From NCBI GenBank assembly GCA_964016885.1, contig OZ024743.1:52080001-52144000 (forward strand): a DNA stretch of 64,000 nucleotides, in the 5' to 3' direction. Made by a program: the position numbers and the translations under genes. Below are positions 13,147-26,672 of this stretch, in pieces (within the stretch, counting starts at the first letter, position 1; each line of letters starts with the position of its first letter). The stretch comes from Eledone cirrhosa. Its lineage: Eukaryota. Below the pieces are notes generated by a model that saw nothing but the letters and a program-made list of their open reading frames with translations, did no database searches and was not told where the DNA came from.

Positions 13147-14304
13147 CCAAGTAAAGAAACGTTGGTTGACCAATTAGTCAACCAACTGTAGTGTAAACAG
13201 TTGTAAGCACTCCACAACTTAGGTACCTTAAGGTATTACCTATAAGGTATCAGATAGAGTGTTAATATTATAAAGAGAGACAGTTTTACGTATACATCAT
13301 CTGTTTATTATATAATTCTGTTATGTGCATTTCAAAGACATCAAAGTGATTGCATAATTATTTAATGTGTTATCAGATGGGTATTAAAGAGCAATATTTT
13401 TTTTGTTTTTGATATGCTCACTATAGTTTGGAACACAATGATAGCAGTCCGGCTACATGTTCACTTGTAGCTGGGCTGCTATCAGAGGATGTATACATAA
13501 AACTTTCTCTCTTCTTTATAATATATATACGACAATGTTGTAGTTTGCTTGAAGCATTATGTATAGTATATAATGTAGAAAATGATATGTTATAAGAAGG
13601 CTAAGACAATGTGAAATAGATGGTACAATTTAGTTTACATGAAGGCAACAAAAAAGTTTGTGTTACTTGGTATTTATTATCTTTTTTCATCCTAATACGT
13701 GTGTGTCTCCTATGTCATAAAAGGAGAGACCCACATGCACACAGTCTAAATACAACAACACAAGAAATTTGCTTCAATTAGATTATACATAAAGAAATTG
13801 ACGTCATCCTCCTGCTTCTTGAGGATACTACAGCAAACAACACAACAAAGTTTCTAAATTTTAAATTTAAATCAAATGTCAAAGGTACAAAACCGGAACG
13901 TTTTGTTCTGAGAGTTTCCCCACACTCTGAGGAAGGGATTTTTAAGTCCCGGAATATTAGGATGAACAACAATATATTAAATACCAGGTAACACAAACTT
14001 TTTCCTTGACTTCAATAAAACATTTTTTCTACACACATATATATTTTATATATATATGATCGCAATGTAAATCAGGAGGTGACCACAGACAAAAAAGGTA
14101 TTTAATACCTAAGTAGAGTACAGGTACATTAATTTTATCATAAAAATGACTTCTACAGGACTAGAACTGCTTTGTTCATAAGATATCATCAGGAAATTCA
14201 AACAGTTCTAGTCCTGTAGAAGTCATTTCTGTAATAAAATGAATATTTGTGTGTGTATGTGTATGTATTTGTATATGTGGTGTGTGTGCATACACATAAA
14301 TTAC

Positions 14305-14773
14305 CTGAGTTTTATCTGGAGAATCTTCTCCTTTGGTAAAGAAGCCTTTGATGTGTAACAGGAATGAGCGAGATTTAGAGTTGAGCAGTTGAGGGCTGGT
14401 TAAGGTGACCAAGGCACTGCTACCTGACAAATCCAGACATGAAGACACAGGTAATGGACCACACAGAATCTCAGCATTGAGCATCTCCAAGAACAGTGGA
14501 TCCAGCACGTTGTTTACTTCACACTTGCCATTGAAGTTGGAGTCATTCAAGAGATTTGGTCTTGGGTGTAAATTAAAGTCAAGTTTTTGGTCCACTTCAA
14601 CAACAAAGGGCTTGGGGTCAACAGTTGCAGAAGAAGAAAAAGATACACTGTCTGAAGTTGTTGGGACTTGTGATGTAGTAGCAGTAATAGTTGTAGGTAG
14701 GGTAAAACCACTGTTAGCACCAGTAGAGGTGGTGGGGGTTGGGATTGGATTAGATGTGGAGAAGGAGGTGGTG

Positions 14774-14807
<34 letters not shown>

Positions 14808-15031
14808 AAGTAGTAGTAGAGTCCTTATCTGTCAGGGTAGAAGTTGAAATGTCGGCAGCAGCAGAGGGCTGTTGTTTACCGATGTTCCCAATGTTCTGTT
14901 TGAGAAGTGTCACCTGGATGTTTGGAAGAGTACTGTACATGTTCATAAGGAGGGTAAACTTCACATCTATATGGCCCACTGTACAAGGCCTTGGAAGGAC
15001 TAGTTCAAACAAGTGTTCATCCCATGTATTG
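14305..15031 (-). CDS. BIRC6: BIRC6 exon NTWDEHLFELVLP...DKTQ (contains a poly-Thr insert)
   Basis: ctgcag / GTAATT; ORF 14176..15132. Confidence 0.94.
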
Positions 15032-16230
15032 CTGCAGAGAGAGACGAGTGATGGAATAAGATACACACAAATAACATCATTAATCTTAAAACATAGACCA
15101 ACATTATCAACATATATATCACCATATTTCATATTTCAACATCAAAACCTTACTATATATGCAACAAACTTTTTATAATTAAATACATATATAAACTCAT
15201 CACTAGAACAGCCATTAAAACAGTTTAAATGCTGTCAAAGACAGAAATGGGCAGATACCAGCAGGCAACAGAGAGACAATCCACACACTGGGTGTGTACA
15301 TCACCTTTCTTCTTCCAGTCACATCTGTGTGCCACCACACTTCTCCTTGCCTTCCACCTCCTCTTTCTATTTTTCATCTGCCTATCACCCACCTTGTGGA
15401 TTGTCTCTCTCTGTTGACCATTGGTCTCTGTACTCAGTCATTTTTGCCCATTGCTGTTTTTGACAGCATTTAGCTGTTTTAACGGCTGTTCTAACGATGA
15501 GTTTTCTCATTTTTATATGTATTCAAATACACTCCTGCTTCGCCTCGATCAGAGACAACGTTTTAATTTTTATAATTATTTGTCAGTTTTAGATCTCTTT
15601 CATATCGACAATCAATACCACCATCGTTATTATACATCTGTTTTCCATGCTGGCATGGGTTGGATGGGTTGTCATGGTCCAATAACCCCACCTTGCTCAT
15701 AAACCCTATATTTAGAAGGTTTTCTATGGTTGTGTGAATTTGTAACAACTACTTTAGAGAGTGTACTAAGTGTATTTTGCTGTAGCACCAGCACAAGCAA
15801 TGATGAATGATATATATCCTATAATGTAGTTGTTCCATAAATATAAGTTGTAAGTACCATACTTAAAAATGAAATATAGATTGGAGTTAGGAAATGTTTC
15901 CAACCGTAGAATATTCTGTATAGGTCTCATCCAAACCATGCAAGCCTGGAAAAAATGGATGTAAAGAAAAAGAAAAAAATGACAACGATGATTCTTGCTG
16001 ATTGACAAACTACAACCAACATTGAGTTAAAGACAATAAATACAAACAACAAGAAATGTTTTAAGGTTACCTTCTGTGGTAAAGTAGGGGTTAGCCTTGT
16101 GGTCCCCATGATAGACTTCATACTCATCATGGGGTCCTATTTGAGGCAATGTTTTACAGCTGGAGGTTCATCCTGACACCAACTATTTAATTAAGAAAAC
16201 TAATAGTAACACTATATAATATCAATTTAC

Positions 16231-16450
16231 CTTTCTGGCTGTAGCTTCCATGTTCGTGTGTGTTGTGTTGCTTCACCTTGCTGTTGAAGATGTTGGGGGT
16301 GTCGCCTCTGTTGTTGTTCCTGTTGGATTTCAGCCCAACATGGTGACACTGTCGCACTGAAACGTGGCATAAGGTTCTCAAACTGTGTCAGGGAATGCAA
16401 CCTCATCAGTTTCTCAGTCGTTAAAGGTTCAGCAAACAGTGATTCCTCAG
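16231..16450 (-). CDS. BIRC6: BIRC6 exon ...FENLMPRFSATVSPCWAEIQQEQQQRRHPQHL...TRTWKLQPE
   Basis: tttcag / GTAAAT; highly conserved BIRC6 block, translated by hand. Confidence 0.95.
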
Positions 16451-16706
16451 CTGAAACAGATTTAGGTCAGTGGTAAGCAGATTCAAGTCATTGGTAGGCA
16501 GATTTTACAATTAACCTGGCATCATAATTTTATGTAAGAACTTTTGTTAAGTTGTGAAAGTTATATCTCTAAATCCTTACTTTCGAAATAAGTTTAAAAC
16601 CATAAGTAGTGTCTTTCATTAGATATATGGTAGCGAAAGGGTTAAGACAAAACTAGAAGAAAAAAAATGTTATTTCTTAAAAGAAAATGCAACATTTTTT
16701 ACTTAC

Positions 16707-16898
16707 TGGTAGTCTGTTTAGTTTTCTGCTGTTCATTAGGTTCATCATTGCCAGCATCAATAGAGTCGAGGTCATTTAGGGCTTCTTTGTTGTTGAATAT
16801 ACCACAGCTAGACATTTCTACTATGGCAGAATTTTGTTCAGACAGTTGATAGAAATGGAGCTTGCCACCCATGGTACAAGCACACAACCGATCGAGTC
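16707..16898 (-). CDS. BIRC6: BIRC6 exon GLDRLCACTMGGKLHFY...
   Basis: acctag / GTAAGT; conserved DRLCACT.GG.LHF. Confidence 0.92.
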
Positions 16899-17631
16899 CT
16901 AGGTTTATAAATGATCACAAAAGAAAGAAGAGACAAGGAAAATTGAGTGAGTTAAACTGAAGCAGAAACAATTTAAGACAATATTGAAAAAGAAAGCTAG
17001 TTATAATTTTAACAGTAAATAATGTAACAAAGCATTTTAAGTTCATTTCCCCTTCTAAAGCCATGGGTCAGTCTTACAAGCCCCATGACAGGCTTCATAT
17101 TCATCATGGGGTTCTTTTTGAGGCAATTGATCCCTTTCCTAACACCAACTCTGTTGGTCAACTCTTACAATATGCAGAGATAACAGTAAATGTTTTCACA
17201 ATTGTTAACTTTGGAAAGTAAAGAAAATCTGAAAGTTCACTATTTACTGGTTTTGTGAATAAAAGGTGAACATTTTATTTTTGAAAGTTGATTTTCACTT
17301 TTAAGGACAATATTTTACTAAAATTTAAAAAAATATTTCTTATTAAAAAAAAAAGAAAAAGAATGCTTAAGCAGAAAAGAATTAACATTTGCAGATTTCC
17401 ATTTCAGACATTCAGGCTCTCTATAAATCTAGTGAGACCATCTAATTTGCCCCTGGAACGTTCCTCTACAAGGTACAGGCCTACAATTTTTGCCAAAAAT
17501 GAATGTACAAATGAGATAGAGTTCTCCAACCAATCTAATCTCAAACTGTGACAAACCATCCAACCCATAGTAGCATGGAAAGTGGACATAAAATAACAAT
17601 GATGAAGTATAAGATAGTCAACTATACATAC

Positions 17632-19017
17632 CAGTACAACAAGTGAGAGACGTAAATTTATCTCCATCCTCAGGTTCAATGTGAGCAACAGATGTTAAGG
17701 TAGACAGGTCCCAGAGTTTTATGTGTCCATTGAATAAAACTGTACCAAAGAGTCCATGGGGCTCTGCTGATCGAGAATGTTGGTTGTCCATGGAAGTTGA
17801 GTCTTCATCTTCTGCCTGGCCCATGAATTCATTGGGGATAACAGCCAAGTTAACTACTGACTCTAAAACTGTTGGAATTAGCAACGAGTTGACTGGAGTC
17901 TCTTCAATACGGACATGTTCATGGTCAAAGTTGAGCCTGTAAATCAGTATAGTGCCGCTGGCTGGAGTGTCGGTTAACATAGAAATACTGTTGCTAGACG
18001 GTGGAGTTGTGGTGGTGGTGGTTTCAGCTGACTGTCCTTGCTTATTGGGGCGATTTGCCGTTGACAAATTCTTGTTGTCAATGACAATAGAGAAACTATC
18101 ACAGATATTAACAGGGGACAAAACAACAATCACATAAAGTCCATCAGCTGTGAGGTTTATTGAGCTGATTTTGAGAGTTTCTGACTGAAGGTTCCGCGGT
18201 AATTCCACACATTGCAGAATGTGGCCATTGGGCAGTAGGGGCTGTGTTTGTTTAAATAAATTGTCCATGCTTAGTGACTTGTTGGCTTCACTAATGTCAC
18301 TCATGCTGGAATTACTGTTGGACATTTTAGTGTCCTCAAGGTTGCTGTCTTGCAATGTGGTTGTAGTGTTCCCCAATGGCTTTGATCCTGACCCTTCTTC
18401 AACAAGCAGAGAATCAGTCTCTGGCACACTCTCAAACATTGGGTCAAGCATTCCCCAGTCTTGAGTCATTGCAATGGATCCCAATGTGGGTACAGATAGA
18501 TCATTTCCACTAGTTGATGGCTTGGAATTGTTGTCCTGGACTTTCACAGCAGGGGCCTTTTCATGCCAAATAGCAACCACAATGAGAAATGGGAGGAAGA
18601 CCATTCGATCTAAAAGGGTCACATTATCACAATCGTCCAAGAGATCAGGGATAATCTTGGGGGGTAAGGTATCACTACTAACCACCTCATTCACCTTGTT
18701 CATAAACTGGACATCTGGCTTCACAGGAAAATCTGCATTCAGTTCTGTTTCATGATGTAATACATTACAGGAAGGCCTAGTTTTACGTAAAGACACCCCA
18801 CACACCAGACTAGGTTGTGAAAGATACTTGGTAGAGGAGGCCCTCCCATTACATTCCCCACTATTTCCATTGCTACATTCATTCCCCCCTCCTCCCCCCT
18901 CTCCAGCAGTCCCCCCTCCCTTGGATTCTATCATAAGATGGTCTGGCTTCTCCATCATGCACAAAGAATGGACCTTGATATCCTGCGAGGGTCTCGTTTG
19001 CTTCCAGCACTTTGGAT
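17632..19017 (-). CDS. BIRC6: BIRC6 large exon (1386 nt) DPKCWKQ...FTSLTCCT
   Basis: ttttag / GTATGT; ORF 17618..18964; ILQCVELP and KLWDLSTL motifs. Confidence 0.92.
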
Positions 19018-19652
19018 CTAAAACAGAAAATATGAATATTAGTAAATGAGACTATTAGAACAACATAATTTATTATAAACAAAAATACATAGAGGGAAAC
19101 ATGAAATTAGCTAACTTTTTTCTAACACAATGTGAATTTTAGCTTAGAATCTTATCAGAAATTATTTCAATGTCTGGCCAGTAGCAGCATTAGAATAACA
19201 ATGGTGGTGCTTTTTAATTTAGGCACAAATCCAGCAATTTGGTTTGAGGCAACAGCCAATTATATTCACCCTAGTTTTTGCCTGTTTTATTTTATTGATT
19301 CCCAGAAAAATGAAAATCAAAGTTGACCCTGGCAAGATCTGAACTCAGAAGGTAATGATAATAATAATAATAATAAATGAATAAAACATTTTAGAACATC
19401 TAAAAGCCACCCGAGATGGGGCCCCAACCACTGCGCTATTTCATTAGAGAAAATAGCAGAGAAAAAAACAAAATAAAAAAAAAAAAACAAGAAAACAGCC
19501 AATTGTCTTTCCATTGCCGATACTATCAGTTGAAAATGCCGGCAGAAGGAACAGGAATCGAACCTACAATCTTATGACAATAAGTTCCAACACCTGAACA
19601 ACTAGGCCTCATGCCTTTACTGAAGAAATTAAGCAAAGTAATCTATACTGAC

Positions 19653-19798
19653 CTCTGGTGTAGAGTTCATCAACCCAAGGTATTTCACGAGAATCTCCTA
19701 TATTTACAGCAACACACTCAGGTGTATAACTCTCTGCAGGTAAGTCATTTGGACAACGCTCCTGTTCCTCAGTCTTCCCCTGTTGTTGGTCCATTCTC
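19653..19798 (-). CDS. BIRC6: BIRC6 exon RMDQQQGK...ELYTR
   Basis: ttgtag / GTCAGT; phase-consistent; low-conservation region. Confidence 0.78.
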
Positions 19799-20524
19799 CT
19801 ACAATTATCAAAGGAAAAAAGATTTTCAAATATTTATTGGAAGATACTTTTGACTTAAACTGAAATAAAAGACTTGTAAGAAGTTTTTTCTGGAAAGGAG
19901 TTGATCTTATAAGATCAGACAAAAGGAACAATGTTTACATTGATCTATCAACTGTGCTGATACCATTTGCAATATCTGGCAAGAGGAGGAATTTGAACTG
20001 TGTGCAGTGAGAACAAATACTGAAGCATTTGATCCAACATCCAAACAGCTCTGACAATTCACCATCTTAATATTATGTTATGTATCATTTTTCTTCCTTT
20101 ATAACAGTAGGCTCTTATTTCTAGTGAGCAACCATGTGTTTACAGTAGATGAAAACAAAGCCAATAATCCAACACAAAACACCAGAAGGTGTGTGACCTC
20201 GTGGTTAGAGTTCACAATGGTTTTTAGTTCAACTCATGGACCAGGTAGCATATTGTCTTCTTGAGCAAGACAATCTATTTCATGTTACTTTTCAGGATAG
20301 GTTGGAGCTCCTGAAGTCAAAACAGCCACAAAATCTCTTATGAGATACAACCTCAAGTTAGTTAAACCTGCATATGCATGAGCTGTAACAATAACTTAAG
20401 ACTGGAGCACTTACCATTATAACCCTCCAGAAATGAGATGCAACCTTGTAGGAGGCCAGCTAAACCTAAATTGGTGTGAGCCATAAATTTCATTTATTTT
20501 ACATTTCAAGAACTCTAGACTTAC

Positions 20525-20640
20525 ACATATTTATGCCTGCTATCAACATCCACTGTCAGGATGGGTTCCATCTCAAATTGTACCCCTGTTTTGGCAGCTA
20601 CTACTGCTTCAGTTGGATCCAAATTAAACTGGCAGTGTTT
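20525..20640 (-). CDS. BIRC6: BIRC6 exon KHCQFNLDP...RHKY
   Basis: atccag / GTAAGT; open frame, and phase fits the next exon. Confidence 0.8.
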
Positions 20641-21737
20641 CTGGATAAATAAAAGTAGAAGGGTACCAAACATTAACAAAAATCTAGGAAATAAATTCAG
20701 ATTATATTAAGAAAATATTTTTTTTTAAGAGCAAAAATGTACTGGGACACCCACATGCTTCATGGAAAATTTTACTGGATTCTGTTATTGGAGTGTGACT
20801 ATGTTAAGATACAGCCTTCAAGAATATAATTGGTCATACTGAAATTAGTTGGCCCTAGTAGGTCATAATGGCCCTAGTTGATTATATTGACCCTAGTGTT
20901 TCACTGGTACTTATTTTATTGATTTCTGAAGAATGAAAGGCAAAGTAGACCTGGGCAACATATGAACTCAATATAATCAGAAAAAAATATGATGTATCAA
21001 GATATTTTGTCTGACAATAATTATTCTAAACCCCATAAAGGACCCTTTTGCTCATAGCTGACCAATGGTTTCCTCTTTCAAAGCGCAAGATAGACAAGGT
21101 ATTTTTGTGAAAGATCAGCAGTTGCTCATGCATGCACATCTGCAATGTTGTCTAAGGGAATGACAAAGGCAGATAGAGCTTGGAATTAATGATGTTACAA
21201 GTGAACTCAGAATGCAAAAGATAGAAAGTTACACCACAAAACATGACATCTGACACTAACAATTCTGCTAATCCACTTTGCCATTCATCATCTTTTTTGT
21301 CGATAAACAAAGTTGATTTTGACGGGATTTGAACTTGAGCGCAGTGAGCCAGAATAATCATCATTTAACGTCCATGTTCCCTGCTACAAAAGGTTGGATG
21401 GGTCATCAAAGACCAAGGCAGAGCTACTGATCTCTCAGATGGGCTGGGGACATACATCTTGCTTACATATGTTCCTGTGCTCTACCAAGCAGTTTATCAT
21501 TGCACCAGCACTAAGGAAGCCATCATGTGCCAATCTTTGTTTGGCAGGTTTTCTACAATTGGATGCCCTTCATATCACCCACCAATATACAAAAGTGTAC
21601 TGAGTGTGTTTATCATGTAGAATAAATATCACAGTATATCTAACATTCATATAACTTTACTAATTTGTCAATCCATCAACCATCACATATAAAACAAAAA
21701 CAAATTATACACAAAACAAACAAACATATATAATTAC

Positions 21738-21833
21738 CTTTAGCAGGCGTGCTGTACTCCATATAACAACATTGCCATTCAATGTGGAAGTGGCAAAGAA
21801 ATGTTTGCTGCTTGACGTACTAATACATTCAAT
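21738..21833 (-). CDS. BIRC6: BIRC6 exon IECISTSS...WSTARLLK
   Basis: tctcag / GTAATT; WD40-like repeat segment. Confidence 0.9.
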
Positions 21834-22909
21834 CTGAGAGGGAATGAAAATAAAAACATCATGGACCTTTAAATTCATGTGGTTAGTCTTAGAGACTTTC
21901 ATACCAAACCACCCTTCACTCTTGGATACAAAACTTTATATTTATCTAAAATTTAGTTATATTACTAAATCTGTCCAAATACTTGATTATTTTGAAAATT
22001 ATTTGAAAATCACAAGCCATGTCTTTCATTAGAAATATGGTCATGAAAGCATTGAATTTTTATATCTATCTAAAAACTTTTAATCATGTATGATGTAATT
22101 CCTGTAAGAATATTTGTTAAATTATATTCCTAATACCTGCTTAATTAATGAGAAAGAAAGTTATTTAAATCTCTCCAAATTTTTGATTATTTTCAAAATT
22201 ACAAGAAAACAATAGGTAGTGCCCTGTCTTTCATAAGAAATATTGTAACAAAAAGATTAACATACAAATTTCATACACATTTTTAAATGAAATAATTCGA
22301 TTTTGTCAATGTTGTTTATGGATTTCAATATAAACTTTCCCTGTTCAATAATGTGTTTCTTAAAGCAGGGTGTGAGTGAAATATTAAAACATAGTAAATG
22401 TCTAGCACTGTGAAGGTGTGTAGCCTAGTGGTTAAGGTATTGAACTCATGGTCATAATGTCATAAGCTCCATTCCTGGAATAGGTGTTGCATTGCTTTTC
22501 TTTAAAACACCCAAGAAACCTCCTATGAGATGCAACCTTGTAGGTCAGCTAGGTGTGAATTGGTATGAATTGTAAATTTAATTTTTCCCCAAATGTATAA
22601 CAGGTGCAGTCAATCCAAGTGAAAGGTAAACATGGTTTTATATATTAAATTTATATTACATTGATGGATCTTCTGTTTCTTCTGCTTCTATTAAACGAAA
22701 CCACCCATTTTGTAGGGTTCCTATTTGATATGAAACCATGTTAAGTAACTATCTTAATGATGAAATAGTTTTAGCTAATCCTTCAAAATTTTTAATTGAG
22801 TGAAATGGTGCATTTCATTAGAAATACTGTCACAAAAAGGTTTATACATTTTTAACTTTCTCAGTTGAGTAAAAAAAAATAGAATGAAAAAGTTTGACAT
22901 ATATCTTAC

Positions 22910-22959
22910 ATTATCTGTTGGTTCACCATGTAATAAAGCTGGTTGTGTTGCATAAGTTA
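22910..22959 (-). CDS. BIRC6: BIRC6 50-nt exon VTYATQPALLHGEPTDN
   Basis: ttgcag / GTAAGA; restores phase; resembles VTLATSPA of homologues. Confidence 0.88.
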
Positions 22960-23235
22960 CTGCAAATAGAAATGTTAAAAATCAAACATTTAGACAAAGC
23001 TTTAAAAAATATATACACACACATATGTAGGACATTTTTTTTTGTGTGTAGAGAGAGAGGGGGACCTGGAGAGGGATGGGCTTTGCCATATTTAACTGCC
23101 TAAAACATGCTGTATGTCACAACAGTAACACCTTCATGAGTATGTGTGTACATGCATATCCATATGACCTGACTTGACTTGTTTCATAATGTGACAACCC
23201 ATCTAACCAATGCAAGCGTGAAAAATGGATGTTAA

Positions 23236-23453
23236 TCCTTTAGCATTTAAACCAGCAATATCCAGCCAGAATTCTCTCACCTCTTTTCGTTCAAACCGAC
23301 TGTAACTGGTCGCTCATACTGATATTAAGGTATTGTTCACAAAATAAATATCAAAATCTCATAGATTCAATATTAAATGAGATAATTATGTAAAGTAAAG
23401 CCATTACTGTAAAAATATAAAAGTAAATACAGAGTAATGTAAATGCTAAAGGG
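23236..23453. mobile_element. piggyBac-type MITE
   Basis: TTAA on both sides; TIRs (T)CCTTTAGCATTTA / TAAATGCTAAAGGG. Confidence 0.75.
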
Positions 23454-23860
23454 TTAAATGTGATAAAACATTGAATTTTGTTTTGTTTTCCCTATTTTAA
23501 TATTATAGTACAATTTATTGCAATTTACCTAGGAAATACAATAAAATGGAAAAATTTGAATTCATCAAAAGTGAAAACAGAAAAAAGGAATTTACCAAAA
23601 GCAAAAATGGAATTAAGGAAAATTTGAAATGGAATATTTGTCTCTTTACATTTTGTACTAATTCACATATCCCACTTACTATGTGTTTTTATTTTGATGA
23701 AAAAAATAAAATAACAGTCTGTCAGCTGTATTGCAGTCTAGCATAAGTGGCAGAAATCCCTCACCTCATCTCACTTTTGGCTTGCTGTGCCTCTACCCCA
23801 GGACGTAATGGACCTTTTGAATATCTGAGTGTGAGACACCTGATATAATAAAATACTCAC

Positions 23861-23934
23861 CTAAAAGTGGGACGTTTTGTGTATATTCTCCTTTCACAAA
23901 AGGACAAGATGTTGAATGTCTTTCGTGTTCAGAC
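23861..23934 (-). CDS. BIRC6: BIRC6 exon SEHERHSTSCPFVKGEYTQNVPLL (BIR His/Cys ligands)
   Basis: tttcag / GTGAGT; completes C-x2-C-x16-H-x6-C. Confidence 0.95.
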
Positions 23935-24762
23935 CTGAAAATAAATAAATGTATAATTACATAATGATATTACCTAACTGCTTTCATATCTAAACATATT
24001 TTTTATTGAAGATAAATTCATCTCTTCAGCTGTTTGGCATTCCTCAGGCCTTCGTATTTATAAAAAATATACATAGCTATTATTTTCAAGTGTTTATATT
24101 TATTTAAAAACTTTCCATTATAATTTTATATCAGAATCATTACTAAGTTATACACGAAACCAGGCCCAGATTTAGACCTTGGGTGGTCCCTCATACACAC
24201 TAAACCCCCAATTCTACATACCAAAGTCAGCTGGCACTAGTAATTGGAATTGAAAAGTTATGCATACAGGTATTAAATAAAAAAAAATTTAACCACACTC
24301 CTTTTACACTGGCATGTGTTGGTTGGACAGGTTGTCTCAATCCGAGACCAGATATATCGGAGCAACCTCATCATGCTCATACATATTTGGCATGGTTTCT
24401 ATGGCTGGATGTCCTTCCTAACACAACCACTTTAGAGTATTTATTGGGTGCATTGTTTTGCGATACAACACAACCATTTTACACAGCGACATCAAATACT
24501 TTTTATTGTTCTGATAACAACCTGACATCTCTAAAGTTGAGAAAATTTGATGAATTTGCCACAGGAAGGACATTAAATATTTTTTATTAAAAATATAGTT
24601 CTCATTGCCAAAGGGATAAAACAGAGGGCACAAATAAATAGCTTAATATTGAGAAAGTTAGTTATATTTCTAAACATTTCCAAATTAATTGAAACACAAA
24701 GGTAGGGTATTACATTAGAAATATGGTAACAAAAAGGTTAATATTGGCAAGTCAGTTATTAC

Positions 24763-24891
24763 CAAGGTTCATCTGTGGGCTCCCAGCAGACAAGACACAC
24801 ATTGCAGGTGAAACACATTGCACGATCATCTCCAATAGAATTGGGTTGGTGGTAGAATCCAGCTTGTGCCATAGGATCAGGTAGGGCCCAT
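24763..24891 (-). CDS. BIRC6: BIRC6 exon, BIR core WALPDPMAQAGFYHQP...CFTCNVCLVCWEPTDEP
   Basis: BIR CxxC ligands; tttaag acceptor, GTAATA donor; translated by hand (not in ORF track). Confidence 0.96.
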
Positions 24892-26329
24892 CTTAAAGAG
24901 AATAAATAAGATTGTAATATTTTAGGAACTGCTGTACTGGAAAAAGAAACAAAGATTGAAAAGTATTTTTAAAAAGTCATTTCAGTAGAAGACTAAGTAG
25001 CACTAGCTCACAAATTATCCAGGAATAATAAGTATTCCTACTTTAGACATAAGACCAGTAATTTCAGTTGATTAAATATCCAGGAATAATAAGGATTCAT
25101 ACTTCAGGCACAAGACCAGTAATTTCAGTTGATTAAATCAATTGCAGTACTGAACTGCTACCTTATTTTATTGACCTTGTAAGGATGAAAGGCAAAGTTG
25201 ACCTCGGCACGATTTGAACTTAGAATGCAAAGAGTCAGAATAAAGATATTAATAATGTTATTAATATGCAAAACATATGTGCATGTGTAAGCAAGAGGCA
25301 TTTAAATATATATTATCATATACATATATCATACACACACACACAGCTACAATGTCTTGGTCTGTGAAGACCCAGTTAACCCTTGCTAGCAGGGAACATG
25401 AGAGTGGCTCACTGCACTCATGTTAAAATCCCATCAAAATCAACTTTGCTATTCATCTTGTTTTTTGCCAACAAACAAGGTGGATTGACAGAATTGTTAG
25501 AGTGTCATGCTTTGTGGTATCACTTTAGATCTTTTGCACTCTGAGTTCACTTGCAACATCATTAATGCCAAACTATATGCCTTTGTTATTCACTTAGAGA
25601 ACATTGCTGATATGCAGATAGGTGACTTACATGCATGGTAACTGCTGATCTTCCACAAAAAACACTGACTATCTTGCACTTAATATATAAATGGCTTACA
25701 TTTTCTAACACAATATCTTAATTTCTTCTTCCTTTTTTTTCTTTGTTTCATGTTCTATGTGAGGCACCAGGCATTTTTCCTAACATCACACAAAATTGTA
25801 TGTTTTGTAGCTTAACAGCTATAAATTACTGTTTGTCTTTCGTCTCTTACTTCTTTGGACAGTGTTTGGCTCATGTCAGATGCTGTGACCCCAGATAGAC
25901 CAGCAGTACTGTTGGTAGGGGTCAAAACTGCTCAAGTACATCACAATGGCCAATGACCATGGAGTTCTGTGTCCTTCGTTTGTATATTTATTTTTAAAAA
26001 ATAATTTTTTTAAGGTCTCCCCTTAAAAAATTGTTTTTCATTTTGTTTCATTTCCGTTTGTTGTCTTGACATTTCTTTGTTAATTTTCTTGTTTTTATAT
26101 ATAAAACCTGGGACAAGTTGATAAAAACTGACCTTGCTCACTTACACCTCTCTAAGACACTAGATTGAGACGTTTGGCGCCATGCAGTTGTACAGAAAAC
26201 CCGACTGCCATCGCATGCAAACCTAGTCAGTAGGTACCTCTTAACCCAATGTACACCCCACACACCCTACCCCATCCTCCCTTTCCCGTTCCGTCCACTG
26301 TGTCGATGACACAACAGTCCACACTGTAA

Positions 26330-26532
26330 CGTGGCCGTGTAGGTCACACGGTAAAAAGGCTCCCAATCCACACTGTAAATGTGGTTGGTGTTAGGAAGGG
26401 CATACAGCTGTAGAAAAACCTTCCAGAGACACTTCCTTGCGAGCGAGACACGGTCTCCTATTCCCGCATCAAATGGAACAAAACCGTCTAACCCATGTTA
26501 GCGTGGAAGATGGACGTTAAACGATGATGATA
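26330..26532 (+). mobile_element. SINE / RTE 3' tail fragment
   Basis: GGTTGGTGTTAGGAAGGGCAT...CCCATGTTAGCGTGGAAGATGGACGTTAAACGATGATG, matching the RTE 3' end. Confidence 0.75.
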
Positions 26533-26672
26533 TATAAGATTTATCCCTTTATTTGTCAAGCTAAGAACTTTCTAACAGTACCTACTATGTGTGTGTATAC
26601 ATACATAGTAGCAATTCTGATTACAACATTACTAGAACAATAAAAAAAAACAATAGAAACCATCCAACTTAC

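Noticed and set aside
13920-13965. CTGAGGA-AGGGATTTTTAAGTCCC-GGAAT hammerhead-like motif
   Set aside because: GAAA is not intact and stem I cannot be closed; at best a decayed copy.
14405-15178. Plus-strand ORFs overlapping exons (also 6248-6652, 3160-3477, 41863-42804)
   Set aside because: Antisense shadows of real BIRC6 or RTE coding sequence.
25010-25140. Small local duplications and degenerate repeats (also 11730-11930, 27697-27840, 31560-31770)
   Set aside because: Ordinary slippage products with no evident function.
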